The notes beneath the pieces were generated by a model. The model was not told the origin of the DNA and searched no databases. It saw only the letters and a list, made by a program, of their open reading frames with translations. From a virus: a stretch of 64,000 bases of DNA. The stretch lies in IMG/VR virus record IMGVR_UViG_3300046534_001361, positions 1 through 64,000 of that record. One strand, written 5' to 3'. Within the stretch, counting starts at the first letter, position 1. Each line of letters opens with the position of its first letter. A program made the position numbers and the translations under genes. This document shows, one piece after another, positions 48,383 to 57,922 of this stretch.

Positions 48383-49062
48383 TACTGATCACCTTTTTTA
48401 ACTTGAGTTCGTTTCATTTGACGCTGACCAAAACCCCTCAAAACCAATTCGGTAACGTCGCTGCCAGGTGGGTAATTGCCTGATTTTATTCTTTTAACAA
48501 TTCCGTGATATCCAACGCAGGAATTTTCTGACAGCTCTTTTTGTCCCATTAACTTACCCATAAGCAACCATTTACCGGCTTTTCTTGCTGGGTTTAAAGC
48601 TAACTCTGTAACGTCGCTGCCAGCCGGGTAATTGCCTGATTTGATTCTGCGCAAAACTGTGGAATAGAGAACCCAGGATTTTTCTGACAGTTCTTTTACG
48701 CCCATTAACTTACCTTGATAAATGTACTTTATCCCTGACCGCCCCCCCGTTTTACGCCGGTCATCAATTAGGCTGGTTACGTCGTGACCAGGTTCGATGC
48801 TCGCTTTATTGATCGGCCTGCGAACCAAATTATAGCTTCGCCCAATGGCCTCAGAAATATCACGAGTAGACATTAATTTATTTTGATAAATGTACTTTAC
48901 CCCTGATCTCCACCGGTCATTAATAAAGCAGGTTACGTCATGACCAGGTTGGATGTTCACTTTATTGATCAGCAGACAAACTAATTGGTAGCTCAACCCG
49001 GCAGATTTAGAAATATCACGCATAGACATTAATTTACCATCGTATAAATAAAATTTACTCAT
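48382..49062 (-). CDS. Tandem HTH-repeat DNA-binding protein (4 repeats)
   Basis: Four units of the same repeat, in two subtypes. Confidence 0.8.
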   Translation of the reverse strand: MSKFYLYDGKLMSMRDISKSAGLSYQLVCLLINKVNIQPGHDVTCFINDRWRSGVKYIYQNKLMSTRDISEAIGRSYNLVRRPINKASIEPGHDVTSLIDDRRKTGGRSGIKYIYQGKLMGVKELSEKSWVLYSTVLRRIKSGNYPAGSDVTELALNPARKAGKWLLMGKLMGQKELSENSCVGYHGIVKRIKSGNYPPGSDVTELVLRGFGQRQMKRTQVKKGDQ

Positions 49063-49337
49063 TCTGAAACTCCCTCAATATTAAAGTTCGTAGAAATCCT
49101 TCCCAGTTCAACGCCAGCAGCAACCGCGCCCCCATCACCAACGTCACCATTGCGACACAGATCAACTTTACTGAAATCATAAAAAGCCAACTCACAATCA
49201 CCCATACAAAACGACCCGAGCCGTCCTGATGGACATGATTTCGCAATCTTTTCAAGCCTCACTAACCAAGCCTTTTCCGCCGTCGTTAGTGGCTTGCAAC
49301 TCAAATCTTCATCTGCTGTGTACGATGGCATTAGCAA
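49059..49337 (-). CDS. Conserved phage hypothetical protein
   Basis: LTTAEKAW...CPS.RLG...GD motif; ATGA-coupled to the HTH-repeat gene. Confidence 0.65.
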   Translation of the reverse strand: MLMPSYTADEDLSCKPLTTAEKAWLVRLEKIAKSCPSGRLGSFCMGDCELAFYDFSKVDLCRNGDVGDGGAVAAGVELGRISTNFNIEGVSE

Positions 49338-49569
49338 CCCTTATTTATTATCTTAACGAGCCACTTATGCAGCTCAAAATCAGGATTCAATATTCACATA
49401 AATAAACTGATTAAGCAATGGTTATTTGCAATTTTATTATAAATTATGTTTTATGTTTTCTAACGAGCATAAAAAAGCCGCAAATAAAATATAAATGCGG
49501 CTAGCTGAATAATCAGCAATTGCCAGCTCGGCTGGCTACAGGTGGTAAATCACAACAAGTTAAGGCATA

Positions 49570-50115
49570 ATGTATAATATCACAATAAACTATCAGATAA
49601 CAATGTCAATCGAAAAAAGAATGAGCGCAATTGAGGCCTCCCAAAACCAAACAAATGAACTCGCAAGTAAAACTTTTGAAATGCTTGTAAAATCGACAAA
49701 TGCAATGTCAAATGCAGTCGATAAATCAACGGAGGTTAATCATAAACTAGATAAGACGATTCAAAAATTTAATCATCAATACGAAAGGACTGGTGAAAAA
49801 ATGGACGCATTCAACGATTCGGTTGGAGAAATAAAAACCAATGTTGCACTGATAAAAGACATACAAAATAAACATGCCAAAGAGTTGTTTTTGTTATGCG
49901 AGGATAAAGCAAGCAGGGACGAAAGAAGAAAGGATCGAGAAAGCGACAGGAAGGAGGTTAAATTGGAAATAAACCATCTGCAAATATCACAAAGATCTTA
50001 TGAAGATTTTAAAAATAAGTCGGAAAAAAAGAGCCTTGCTTCTTGGACCGCTATACTCACTATTGCAGGTGGCCTAGTCGCCGCTTTATTCGGCGCTTTT
50101 ATAAAAAAGCAATAA
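49570..50115 (+). CDS. Coiled-coil protein with C-terminal TM anchor
   Basis: 181 aa heptad-rich; WTAILTIAGGLVAALFGAFI. Confidence 0.7.
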   Translation: MYNITINYQITMSIEKRMSAIEASQNQTNELASKTFEMLVKSTNAMSNAVDKSTEVNHKLDKTIQKFNHQYERTGEKMDAFNDSVGEIKTNVALIKDIQNKHAKELFLLCEDKASRDERRKDRESDRKEVKLEINHLQISQRSYEDFKNKSEKKSLASWTAILTIAGGLVAALFGAFIKKQ

Positions 50116-50574
50116 CCTATCAAATGACGTTGAAAGAACTGATATCTCAATCAAAGTGTAACAAATAGAGAAATACTCACGAACCCCTGACATCTGAAAA
50201 TTTAATTCCTTGCTCTGCCAGCCAACATTGAAAACCACTGCTATAATACAAAATACACATAACGTAATTATCCGAACGGAACTACCGCAGCAATACAGCA
50301 TAAATAGCATAAATACAACTAGAGGGACCCTAGCTATAGAGTCTATAATGTAATAATCATAATATTTAAATTCGTTGATTAAATAGTACTGACTAATAAA
50401 CCCCACAAAAACACTTGCGACGACTGATAAAAACACATAAAAGTCGCCGCAATGAAGGAATTTAGGCCGGTGGAGTGAGTACACCGGCATCACCTTCAGG
50501 CTCATTGTCTTTCTGCTTTTCAGCAGTAGAGGCAGTAGAGGCAGTAGAGATTTTCGTGATATTTGGTTTTTCAA
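50086..50574 (-). CDS. Multi-TM membrane protein (start uncertain)
   Basis: About four hydrophobic segments; the N-terminal part of the track ORF overlaps a small ORF in another frame. Confidence 0.55.
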   Translation of the reverse strand: MKNQISRKSLLPLLPLLLKSRKTMSLKVMPVYSLHRPKFLHCGDFYVFLSVVASVFVGFISQYYLINEFKYYDYYIIDSIARVPLVVFMLFMLYCCGSSVRIITLCVFCIIAVVFNVGWQSKELNFQMSGVREYFSICYTLIEISVLSTSFDRLLLFYKSAE

Positions 50575-50710
50575 GCATAATAAAATTCCTCGATTTTGAT
50601 TTTTTACTCAGGGTCTTTTTGACACGCTAGACCAAATGTCTTACTAGTATAGAGCTAGTAAGGCTTTTTTAGGTTTAAAGTGTAAGGTTTACAAAGCCTC
50701 ATGAACTATT

Positions 50711-51139
50711 TTATAATGTTACCTGCTCGCTGTCAAGGCCCCAGCCCACTAAAAGCTCACCTCTGTATCTGCATTGCAACTTCTTAGGCGTCATTGAGTC
50801 AGCTCTAAAATTGCCATCAACAGTTTCAGGTCTGCCATTTTTCCAAACCTCGTAAGTCACTCGTTTTAACAGCGTGTTTACAGATGCAACATGATCAATA
50901 CTTACACCGTCTGCAATGACAGAAAAGGCACTACGATCTAATTTATCACCACTATAAAAATCCATTTTTGCAATACGCATATTAAACCAATCGGCATCAA
51001 GCTCAAAGTCGTCTTTAGAAACTGCGTCGCTAACAGCGGTCGCAAGAAAATCTGGCAAAAGTTCAATATTTTGAAATAGCAGCTCTGCTAAGTCTTTGAA
51101 ATTACCGAGTTTATCTATATTAATTTGTAACTTATCCAT
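50711..51139 (-). CDS. Hypothetical protein
   Basis: 142 aa, AGGA RBS. Confidence 0.7.
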   Translation of the reverse strand: MDKLQINIDKLGNFKDLAELLFQNIELLPDFLATAVSDAVSKDDFELDADWFNMRIAKMDFYSGDKLDRSAFSVIADGVSIDHVASVNTLLKRVTYEVWKNGRPETVDGNFRADSMTPKKLQCRYRGELLVGWGLDSEQVTL

Positions 51140-51202
51140 TTTTTAATCCTGGTTTTGTTTAAAAAACCGTTCTACATGACCGGCAGCATTTAGTAAGGCA
51201 GA

Positions 51203-52159
51203 CTAATTCAAATCATCAATATGCAAATCATAATCTGCAATCGCAATTGAAATCAAAAACTCGAAATATGAATTCATGTTTTTAAATTTCGTTTGTTTTT
51301 CATACCCTTTATCAAAAACCTCTCTCGTTGCCCGGGCAATTTTGTAACTAGCAGTTTTAAGCTTATTTATCAAAACAAACTGATCAACTTCGGTCTCCGG
51401 TATTGTACATACCGCTCCATTTTGCAACTGGTATTTTAGAATTCCATCTTTGACACCAAGCGATTTGCAATTGTTCCCTGAAATCTTCATTTTTCGATCA
51501 AGTTTTCTAATTTCATCAGCTAAACAATAGCTAACCACAAACTCACTGAGTCGACTATCAACCAATTTGTCTGTATAAATTTTGTCACCAATATGCAGCA
51601 AAATTTCAGCGTGTTCTATAGCCGTGTACTTTTTTCTTCCGTTTTTAACACCTAAATAGTGAGCGTCGAATGACGCTTTTAACTGACTGGTTACGCGCAT
51701 TTGAATCATTACGCCCCCGCCTATCACTAGCCTGTTCGTTCGATTGCCACTGTTAACTCGATTGTCACTCAAGGTAATTGTAGATAAATTAGCGGCTGAA
51801 AGGTAAATACTATCGACGCCAACCGCCCCCTGATAACTTAAAAACCCGTCATTTAGAGATATTACATTGTAAAATTGATTGCTAATTTTGAATTTTCTGC
51901 CAGGTTTCGATAACGCAGATAATTTACTACTGTTATTACCGTTGGTAGATCGACCGTTTAAAAATATTTTTTCGATATTGTCTGATAGACATATTTTTTT
52001 TACTGCCGTTTCATTTTCAACCTTATAGCTCAATATTCCGCCTACAACGCCCATACTAATAGCATCCTGCCCGGCGAACTGAATTAGCGTACCTTCTTTT
52101 GATATTTTTCTGCACTTTCTTCGAAGCGCGATATACTGTGGTGTTTGTCTCATAAACAT
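51203..52159 (-). CDS. Hypothetical protein with internal repeats, possible DNA-binding regulator
   Basis: 318 aa; three G(I/F)L(S/K)Y(K/Q) units plus RHH-like segments; downstream of NinG. Confidence 0.65.
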   Translation of the reverse strand: MFMRQTPQYIALRRKCRKISKEGTLIQFAGQDAISMGVVGGILSYKVENETAVKKICLSDNIEKIFLNGRSTNGNNSSKLSALSKPGRKFKISNQFYNVISLNDGFLSYQGAVGVDSIYLSAANLSTITLSDNRVNSGNRTNRLVIGGGVMIQMRVTSQLKASFDAHYLGVKNGRKKYTAIEHAEILLHIGDKIYTDKLVDSRLSEFVVSYCLADEIRKLDRKMKISGNNCKSLGVKDGILKYQLQNGAVCTIPETEVDQFVLINKLKTASYKIARATREVFDKGYEKQTKFKNMNSYFEFLISIAIADYDLHIDDLN

Positions 52160-52217
52160 GCCTGATTGATTGATGAACTTAATTGATTTTAAATAAATTA
52201 ACCGAATGGTGCAAGGT

Positions 52218-52826
52218 TTATAATATTAATCTCAGTTTTTCCCTAAATAAAACCCTGATATCGCTTAAGGATTCTATCGTATAAGTTACTTTTTCATGCC
52301 GCTTTTTATCCAGATCATCGACAGCCTGTTGACCAATTTTCTTTATCAAATTTGGCGTGTACTCGCCTGAATCACCACCGTTGTACATGTTGCAGTCTGC
52401 GCGTTGACCGTGGATATTATTTTCATCGTATCTTATCGATGGATTATTGCCAGACTCCCAAAAGTGACCCGCTTGGTAATTTTCACCCATGGGTTTGTTG
52501 CAGCAAATACACAAATCAAACTTGTCCCTTTCTCTTATGAATTCATGAACAACTTTTTTTGTGTTTTTTTCCGCTGCCTTTAACAACTGCGAGTTTGATT
52601 TTTTCTCATTTTTCGGTGTTCTTTTTTTGTTTGGGTGTATTACACTTTGGTAATGCAATGATGCTTTTTTGATTTCATTCATTTTTATTTTTTCAAGCGC
52701 CGCTTTAGCATTGCAACTCATAGAGCATCTATTTTTCATAAACGCTGGGTCTTTTCCGTGAGTGTATTTATATTCAACTTTACACTCTAAACAATTTACA
52801 GCTCTTTCACGGGCCATTAAAACCAC
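52218..52826 (-). CDS. ninG: NinG/Rap-like recombination endonuclease
   Basis: FIRERD...CICC...AGHF...RYDENNIHGQ..CNMY. Confidence 0.85.
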   Translation of the reverse strand: MVLMARERAVNCLECKVEYKYTHGKDPAFMKNRCSMSCNAKAALEKIKMNEIKKASLHYQSVIHPNKKRTPKNEKKSNSQLLKAAEKNTKKVVHEFIRERDKFDLCICCNKPMGENYQAGHFWESGNNPSIRYDENNIHGQRADCNMYNGGDSGEYTPNLIKKIGQQAVDDLDKKRHEKVTYTIESLSDIRVLFREKLRLIL

Positions 52827-53257
52827 CTCAAAAGTTCATTTATTAAATGCTCATCTGTACTATCATCAAATACAATGTTAAGCGCAGCATTTACGGCCCT
52901 AGCATAAAACTCTTGCCGTTCTTCTGTAGGCATTTTTTCGTAAGAAATAGACCTCGGAATAAATTTAAAAAACTTACCATTTCTATCAAACGTCGGGTCA
53001 CAATGACCGGCCGCGATAGTGATCACTTCACGAACGATGCTAAGTTGCACGGGGTTTTTATGTTCATCCACCCCACCATAATAATGGTCTGTACAGTATG
53101 AAAAAAATGCAAATATTTTGCGGTGTAACCCATAGTTTTGTTCTAATTTCACATCGCAACTATAAGTCTCGTTAAATTTAATTTTCTTCATTAAATCCTG
53201 GCTTTTCTCGTCCGCAGGATAAAAGCCAGTTTTATTTTTTACGAGGTGTATTTTCAT
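52817..53257 (-). CDS. DUF1367-family (nin region) protein
   Basis: NYGLHRKIFAFF, ITIAAGH, PRSISYEKM motifs. Confidence 0.75.
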   Translation of the reverse strand: MKIHLVKNKTGFYPADEKSQDLMKKIKFNETYSCDVKLEQNYGLHRKIFAFFSYCTDHYYGGVDEHKNPVQLSIVREVITIAAGHCDPTFDRNGKFFKFIPRSISYEKMPTEERQEFYARAVNAALNIVFDDSTDEHLINELLRWF

Positions 53258-54135
53258 TTAATCCAGTATGTACCCGCATTGCGCCCCTGCCTTGGGTTTT
53301 TTCCAACCTGTCCCTCTTCATACATTTCATTCAGTCCGCCTAAAATTGATGCAGTCGAAAAGGAGCATTTAGGGTGAGCTGATATTTCGCTAGCCGTTAA
53401 ATGCCGCCTAAGCTCTTTCATAATCAAGGTAATTATTGATCTCCTTCTCCCTGATGTTTTTTTTGAATCTGAATTCATTTTTGATTTTCGTTTTTTTGTT
53501 TGTTTCGTTGCGTTGCTACTTTTGATACCTTGGTATGCTAATTCTAAAATAGTCATGTTTTCACTGCCTGTTTTATTGTTTATGTTTATTGAATTTTGGA
53601 CTTGATTACCGAAAACATCCCAGCCAGGTTTGCTATGCCGTGCGAACATTTCCAGTTTTCTCACATTTGGCCCGTACCTAACTACAATTTGTTTTCTGAA
53701 AAAGTTAGGCTTTTCAGAATGTACCCCGGTGTGTGGGATCTTATAGCTAGTATACTGGTTTCTTTTTTTGCCCTCGCGATACAGGGAGCAAACACTACCC
53801 CGGCCAAAAAGCAGTATATACTCGCAATCGGTCATACCATGCGGCCCTGGCGTTCCGTGCCGTTTTTGCCTTTTAGTTGACTTGACCCAAACTTTATCTA
53901 ATCGTATGAATTTAAACCCCCATGCGTTGCCAACGTTTTTGGCCTCTTGAATGAAAGCACCTGTTACCCACATATGCAACGCGCAGTTATCAGCTGTTAA
54001 CGCGTTAACGTCCATCATACACAGCTCTTTTATTGACATGGTTTGGTAAATCAACTCGCAAAATTTACCACCGACAGGACCGCCTGATGTATATTTCCAA
54101 GCTGGATCACAATAGATAACATCGTACTCGTTCAT
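53254..54135 (-). CDS. MT-A70-family adenine methyltransferase with C-terminal winged-helix extension
   Basis: YDVIYCDPAW, LHMWVT, AWGF, HSEKP, KLEMFAR...GWDVFGNQ followed by about 110 extra aa. Confidence 0.85.
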   Translation of the reverse strand: MNEYDVIYCDPAWKYTSGGPVGGKFCELIYQTMSIKELCMMDVNALTADNCALHMWVTGAFIQEAKNVGNAWGFKFIRLDKVWVKSTKRQKRHGTPGPHGMTDCEYILLFGRGSVCSLYREGKKRNQYTSYKIPHTGVHSEKPNFFRKQIVVRYGPNVRKLEMFARHSKPGWDVFGNQVQNSININNKTGSENMTILELAYQGIKSSNATKQTKKRKSKMNSDSKKTSGRRRSIITLIMKELRRHLTASEISAHPKCSFSTASILGGLNEMYEEGQVGKNPRQGRNAGTYWIK

Positions 54136-54369
54136 AATTCACCTGATTATTTTTAATAATTGAAGTGCTAATGCTATCATATTATGTGCAAATAGTAAAC
54201 CTATTATGTTTAATCAGTTTAATTGCGCTGGTCGGTATTGTTATCATCAAACGAGTTGACAATAGTATGAATGGCAATAACGGCAACCGCAATCAACAGT
54301 AAAGCAGCTAAAGTTCTCATGGCGCACCGCAAGGGTTCAATATTTTCATTATGGATGACACCTCTGTTT

Positions 54370-54421
54370 AATTTAGTTTGCCCGGGGATTAAATAGCCGG
54401 GCTTGTGGTCGATCGGTTTTG
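54370..54421 (-). repeat. Cassette junction, stem-loop half
   Basis: AAAACCGATCGACCACAAGCCCGGCTATTTAATCCCCGGGCAAACTAAATT. Confidence 0.85.
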
Positions 54422-54946
<525 letters not shown>

Positions 54947-55096
54947 TTTCGATCTCGCTCTATTTTAGTGGTGGGTTGTGGCGTCTTGCCGATGAATTGA
55001 TATTAACACATTCAAAGCAGACTGAAGATTTTAAATCTAATTAGTTTAAATTAAGTTTACCCGGCTATTAGATGGCCGGGATCGTGGTTGCTCCGT
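54947..55096 (-). repeat. Cassette junction repeat, full copy
   Basis: CCCGGCCATCTAATAGCCGGG stem-loop, TGTGTTAATATCAATTCATCGGCAAGACGCC leader; the -35 is degenerate here. Confidence 0.9.
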
Positions 55097-55693
55097 TTAT
55101 TCTGAAAACATCTTCATGAGTGAAGCTTGAACCACTTCATTTGATTCCGCATAAGCAGCAGTATAAGCAGCAGCATAAGCATCATCAGCATAGATAGCAG
55201 CATCATTAGCATTAGCATGAGCAGCAGCATAAGCAGCAGCATAAGCAGCATAAACAGCAGAAACAGCAGCATCAGCAGCACAATAAGCAGGAGAAGCTAC
55301 ATAAGCAGCAGAAGCAGCATAAGCAGCAGCATCATAAGCAGCATCACAGACTTTCAATCTATTCACCTCGGATGGTTCCGATATCCAATCCTTAGCCGAT
55401 TGGATCGCAGCATTAGCTCTGGGATCGGTGTGTAGATGCGACACACTTTCAGCGCATTCAACGGCGAACTGCACTATCCTGTGCTTTGGCAGGGTTTTAC
55501 CGGCCAACCACAGAAAATCAGCCGTGGTATTTTTGCCACCGATCAAACTAAAAATCTCAACGGGTTGATCGGTGTTGCCGGTTTGTGCGATAAATCGATC
55601 AAAACCCGGCTTACACGCACCGAGATCTACTAATTGTTTTTTCGTAATTGTTGGTGCTGGTGCTGGTGCTGGTATTGGTATTGGTGCTTTCAT
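55097..55693 (-). CDS. Imm5-like protein, paralogue F
   Basis: Same core; PIPIPAPAPAP N-terminal 6 bp repeat expansion. Confidence 0.85.
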   Translation of the reverse strand: MKAPIPIPAPAPAPTITKKQLVDLGACKPGFDRFIAQTGNTDQPVEIFSLIGGKNTTADFLWLAGKTLPKHRIVQFAVECAESVSHLHTDPRANAAIQSAKDWISEPSEVNRLKVCDAAYDAAAYAASAAYVASPAYCAADAAVSAVYAAYAAAYAAAHANANDAAIYADDAYAAAYTAAYAESNEVVQASLMKMFSE

Positions 55694-55796
55694 TTTCGAT
55701 CTCGCTCTATTTTAGTGGTGGGTTGTGGCGTCTTGCCGATGAATTGATATTAACACACTGGCGGCAGGGTGCAACTTTTAAATCAAATAAGTTTAA
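55694..55796 (-). promoter_or_regulatory. Cassette junction, promoter/leader half directly after dnaB
   Basis: TTTAAAAGTTGCAC...TGTGTTAATATCAATTCATCGGCAAGACGCCACAACCCACCAC; leader identical to 54947-55010. Confidence 0.9.
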
Positions 55797-57176
55797 TTAA
55801 GTAGAATACTTACGGGGTTCATTTTGCTCAACTATCGGCACAGGGCGATCTGTAGAAACAAATTTACTCCGACTCAAATGACTTTCCAGAACATCAGATC
55901 CCACTTCACCCATTCGCACTTTTCCAGAAATTATTTTAGCCAACATGCCGTCCTCATTTTCTTTCCCGTATTCGTCCCGATGAATTAGCATGATCCAATC
56001 CGCAGTTTGCTCTATTGCACTAGCACCAAATAACTCGGATATTTTAGGCTCACCTATGCCTGATCTGTTCATTTGGGATAAAACTATAATCGGGCAATTC
56101 ATCTCTTTTGCTAAGTTTTTAAGCCCCAAAACATTTGATCCAATTTCTTCGGTTTTACTCCTGCCACTACCTGTTATTAGCTGTAGATAATCAACAAAAA
56201 TACCGTCAACTTTACCATGTTTTATTTTTTGCATTCTGACTCTCGAATTGATTTGAGCTAGTGATAATCCGCCGCTATCATCGAGGTAAAGATTTGAATC
56301 ATAAAGGTCTGCCATCGCTTTAGATACTAACGTAAATTGAGTATCATCAGACATATAATCCGATCGCTTAACGCTGTTAATGCCAATATTTGACATGGAG
56401 CTGATCAGTTTATGGCGAATTAAAATGTCAGGCATTTCTAGACTAAAAAACAAAATGTGTTTCTTTTCGTGGATCGCCATGCTTTCAAGAATGTTCATAG
56501 CAAAAGTTGTTTTTCCCATTGAGGGCAGCCCGCCAATTACAATAAGATCTCCATCTTGGGCACCACCAGATCTTTGATCAAGATCAGCAAATCCAGTGCT
56601 AATACCCGTCAACGCAGAGTCGCTCTGAAATACCTTTTCGGCATGATCAACATATTCGCCCATTTGATCTTTAATGTGCTTTAATCTGCCTTCATTTTCA
56701 CTTTCGATTCCAACCCCCGCAACCGCAGCAATTGAATCACTAACGCGCTGTGAAATCATCCCAGAGCCGTTTAATATATTTAATGCGTCAATATATCCCT
56801 TATGTAGTTTTCTGGCGCTAGAGTAGCTTTGAATGCGCTTTACGTGACCATCTGAGAATATTCTGGGTGAGCTTTTAGCTATTTCACCCAAATAACCAAA
56901 CCCACCGATCTGATTAGACTGCCCCAATTCGTCAATATGCTGATTTAAGTTTACTAAATCAAAACTATCACCTTTTCCGTTAAGATGTACAATTGATGCC
57001 ATGATCAATCGATTTTTCTCAAAATAAAAATCATCAAATGATAATCCATCAAATGCTATTGCGTTGCTCTCTGTTAGTCGAGCGTTGTTGATTAAGGAGC
57101 CAAGCACAGCAGCTTCAGATTCAGCTGAAAACAAATTGTGTTGTGGATTTAGATTTAGCATCGAAGAGATCCCCAA
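55797..57176 (-). CDS. dnaB: DnaB-like replicative helicase
   Basis: GISTGFADLD, GGLPSMGKT, FFSLEM, VDYLQL, LSQMNR, IEQTAD. Confidence 0.95.
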   Translation of the reverse strand: MGISSMLNLNPQHNLFSAESEAAVLGSLINNARLTESNAIAFDGLSFDDFYFEKNRLIMASIVHLNGKGDSFDLVNLNQHIDELGQSNQIGGFGYLGEIAKSSPRIFSDGHVKRIQSYSSARKLHKGYIDALNILNGSGMISQRVSDSIAAVAGVGIESENEGRLKHIKDQMGEYVDHAEKVFQSDSALTGISTGFADLDQRSGGAQDGDLIVIGGLPSMGKTTFAMNILESMAIHEKKHILFFSLEMPDILIRHKLISSMSNIGINSVKRSDYMSDDTQFTLVSKAMADLYDSNLYLDDSGGLSLAQINSRVRMQKIKHGKVDGIFVDYLQLITGSGRSKTEEIGSNVLGLKNLAKEMNCPIIVLSQMNRSGIGEPKISELFGASAIEQTADWIMLIHRDEYGKENEDGMLAKIISGKVRMGEVGSDVLESHLSRSKFVSTDRPVPIVEQNEPRKYST

Positions 57177-57922
57177 TCGAAAGCAATTTCAAAACCGCCG
57201 TCTTGTTTTAACCGGTCCATGCATCGCTCACCGATCACGGCGGAAACGGATTCACGGGTTAAATTGCTAATCAGGATCGTAGGTCGTCGTTGTTGGTAGC
57301 GATTGTCGATAACATCAAAGATAAACATTTTTTCAGTGTCGGTCCCACGCTGTACGCCGATCTCGTCAATAACCAATAAATCTAAATTACTGTAGTGATC
57401 GATAATATCAGACTCTTCGAATTCAGATGATTTACTCCATGACCCTTTGAGCTTGCGGATCATATCCATGAGTTTAACGATCTCGCAATTGTGATTATCA
57501 ACTAGCGATTCAACGATGCACGATGCCAATAACGTTTTACCGGTACCAACTGATCCGATCATTAACATGTTACTGACATCAGGGAAGTTAAATAAAAAAC
57601 AATTTACGGCGTTTACGGCAATGAACTGATTGTTTGTTGTCACAGGAAAATTGTTAATGTCGTTACCAATAAATCTTGGTGAGATACCGGCATTGACGCA
57701 TTTCTTGTTATGACGTTCACATACGAGTTTTGATCTTACACCTTGCATGTGAATTTGATTTTCTTCGGAAATCCTGTCAGATGCGCATTTTGGACATGTC
57801 TCAGAGTGTACATATCTCAGTGAAAATCCAGCCCCGACTTGTATATAAGTTGGTTTGAAATCCCCGTGAATATTGCACCGTATCGGGATAATGTTTTTTG
57901 GCATTGTAGTTGACTCGATCAT
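57155..57922 (-). CDS. dnaC: DnaC/IstB-like helicase loader ATPase
   Basis: GSVGTGKT, LLVIDEIG, PTILISN, FDWGS. Confidence 0.9.
   Translation of the reverse strand: MIESTTMPKNIIPIRCNIHGDFKPTYIQVGAGFSLRYVHSETCPKCASDRISEENQIHMQGVRSKLVCERHNKKCVNAGISPRFIGNDINNFPVTTNNQFIAVNAVNCFLFNFPDVSNMLMIGSVGTGKTLLASCIVESLVDNHNCEIVKLMDMIRKLKGSWSKSSEFEESDIIDHYSNLDLLVIDEIGVQRGTDTEKMFIFDVIDNRYQQRRPTILISNLTRESVSAVIGERCMDRLKQDGGFEIAFDWGSLRC

Noticed and set aside
49055-49255. 66-aa hydrophobic ORF
   Set aside because: Overlaps in another frame the 49059-49337 gene, which has a recognisable phage motif and correct coupling.
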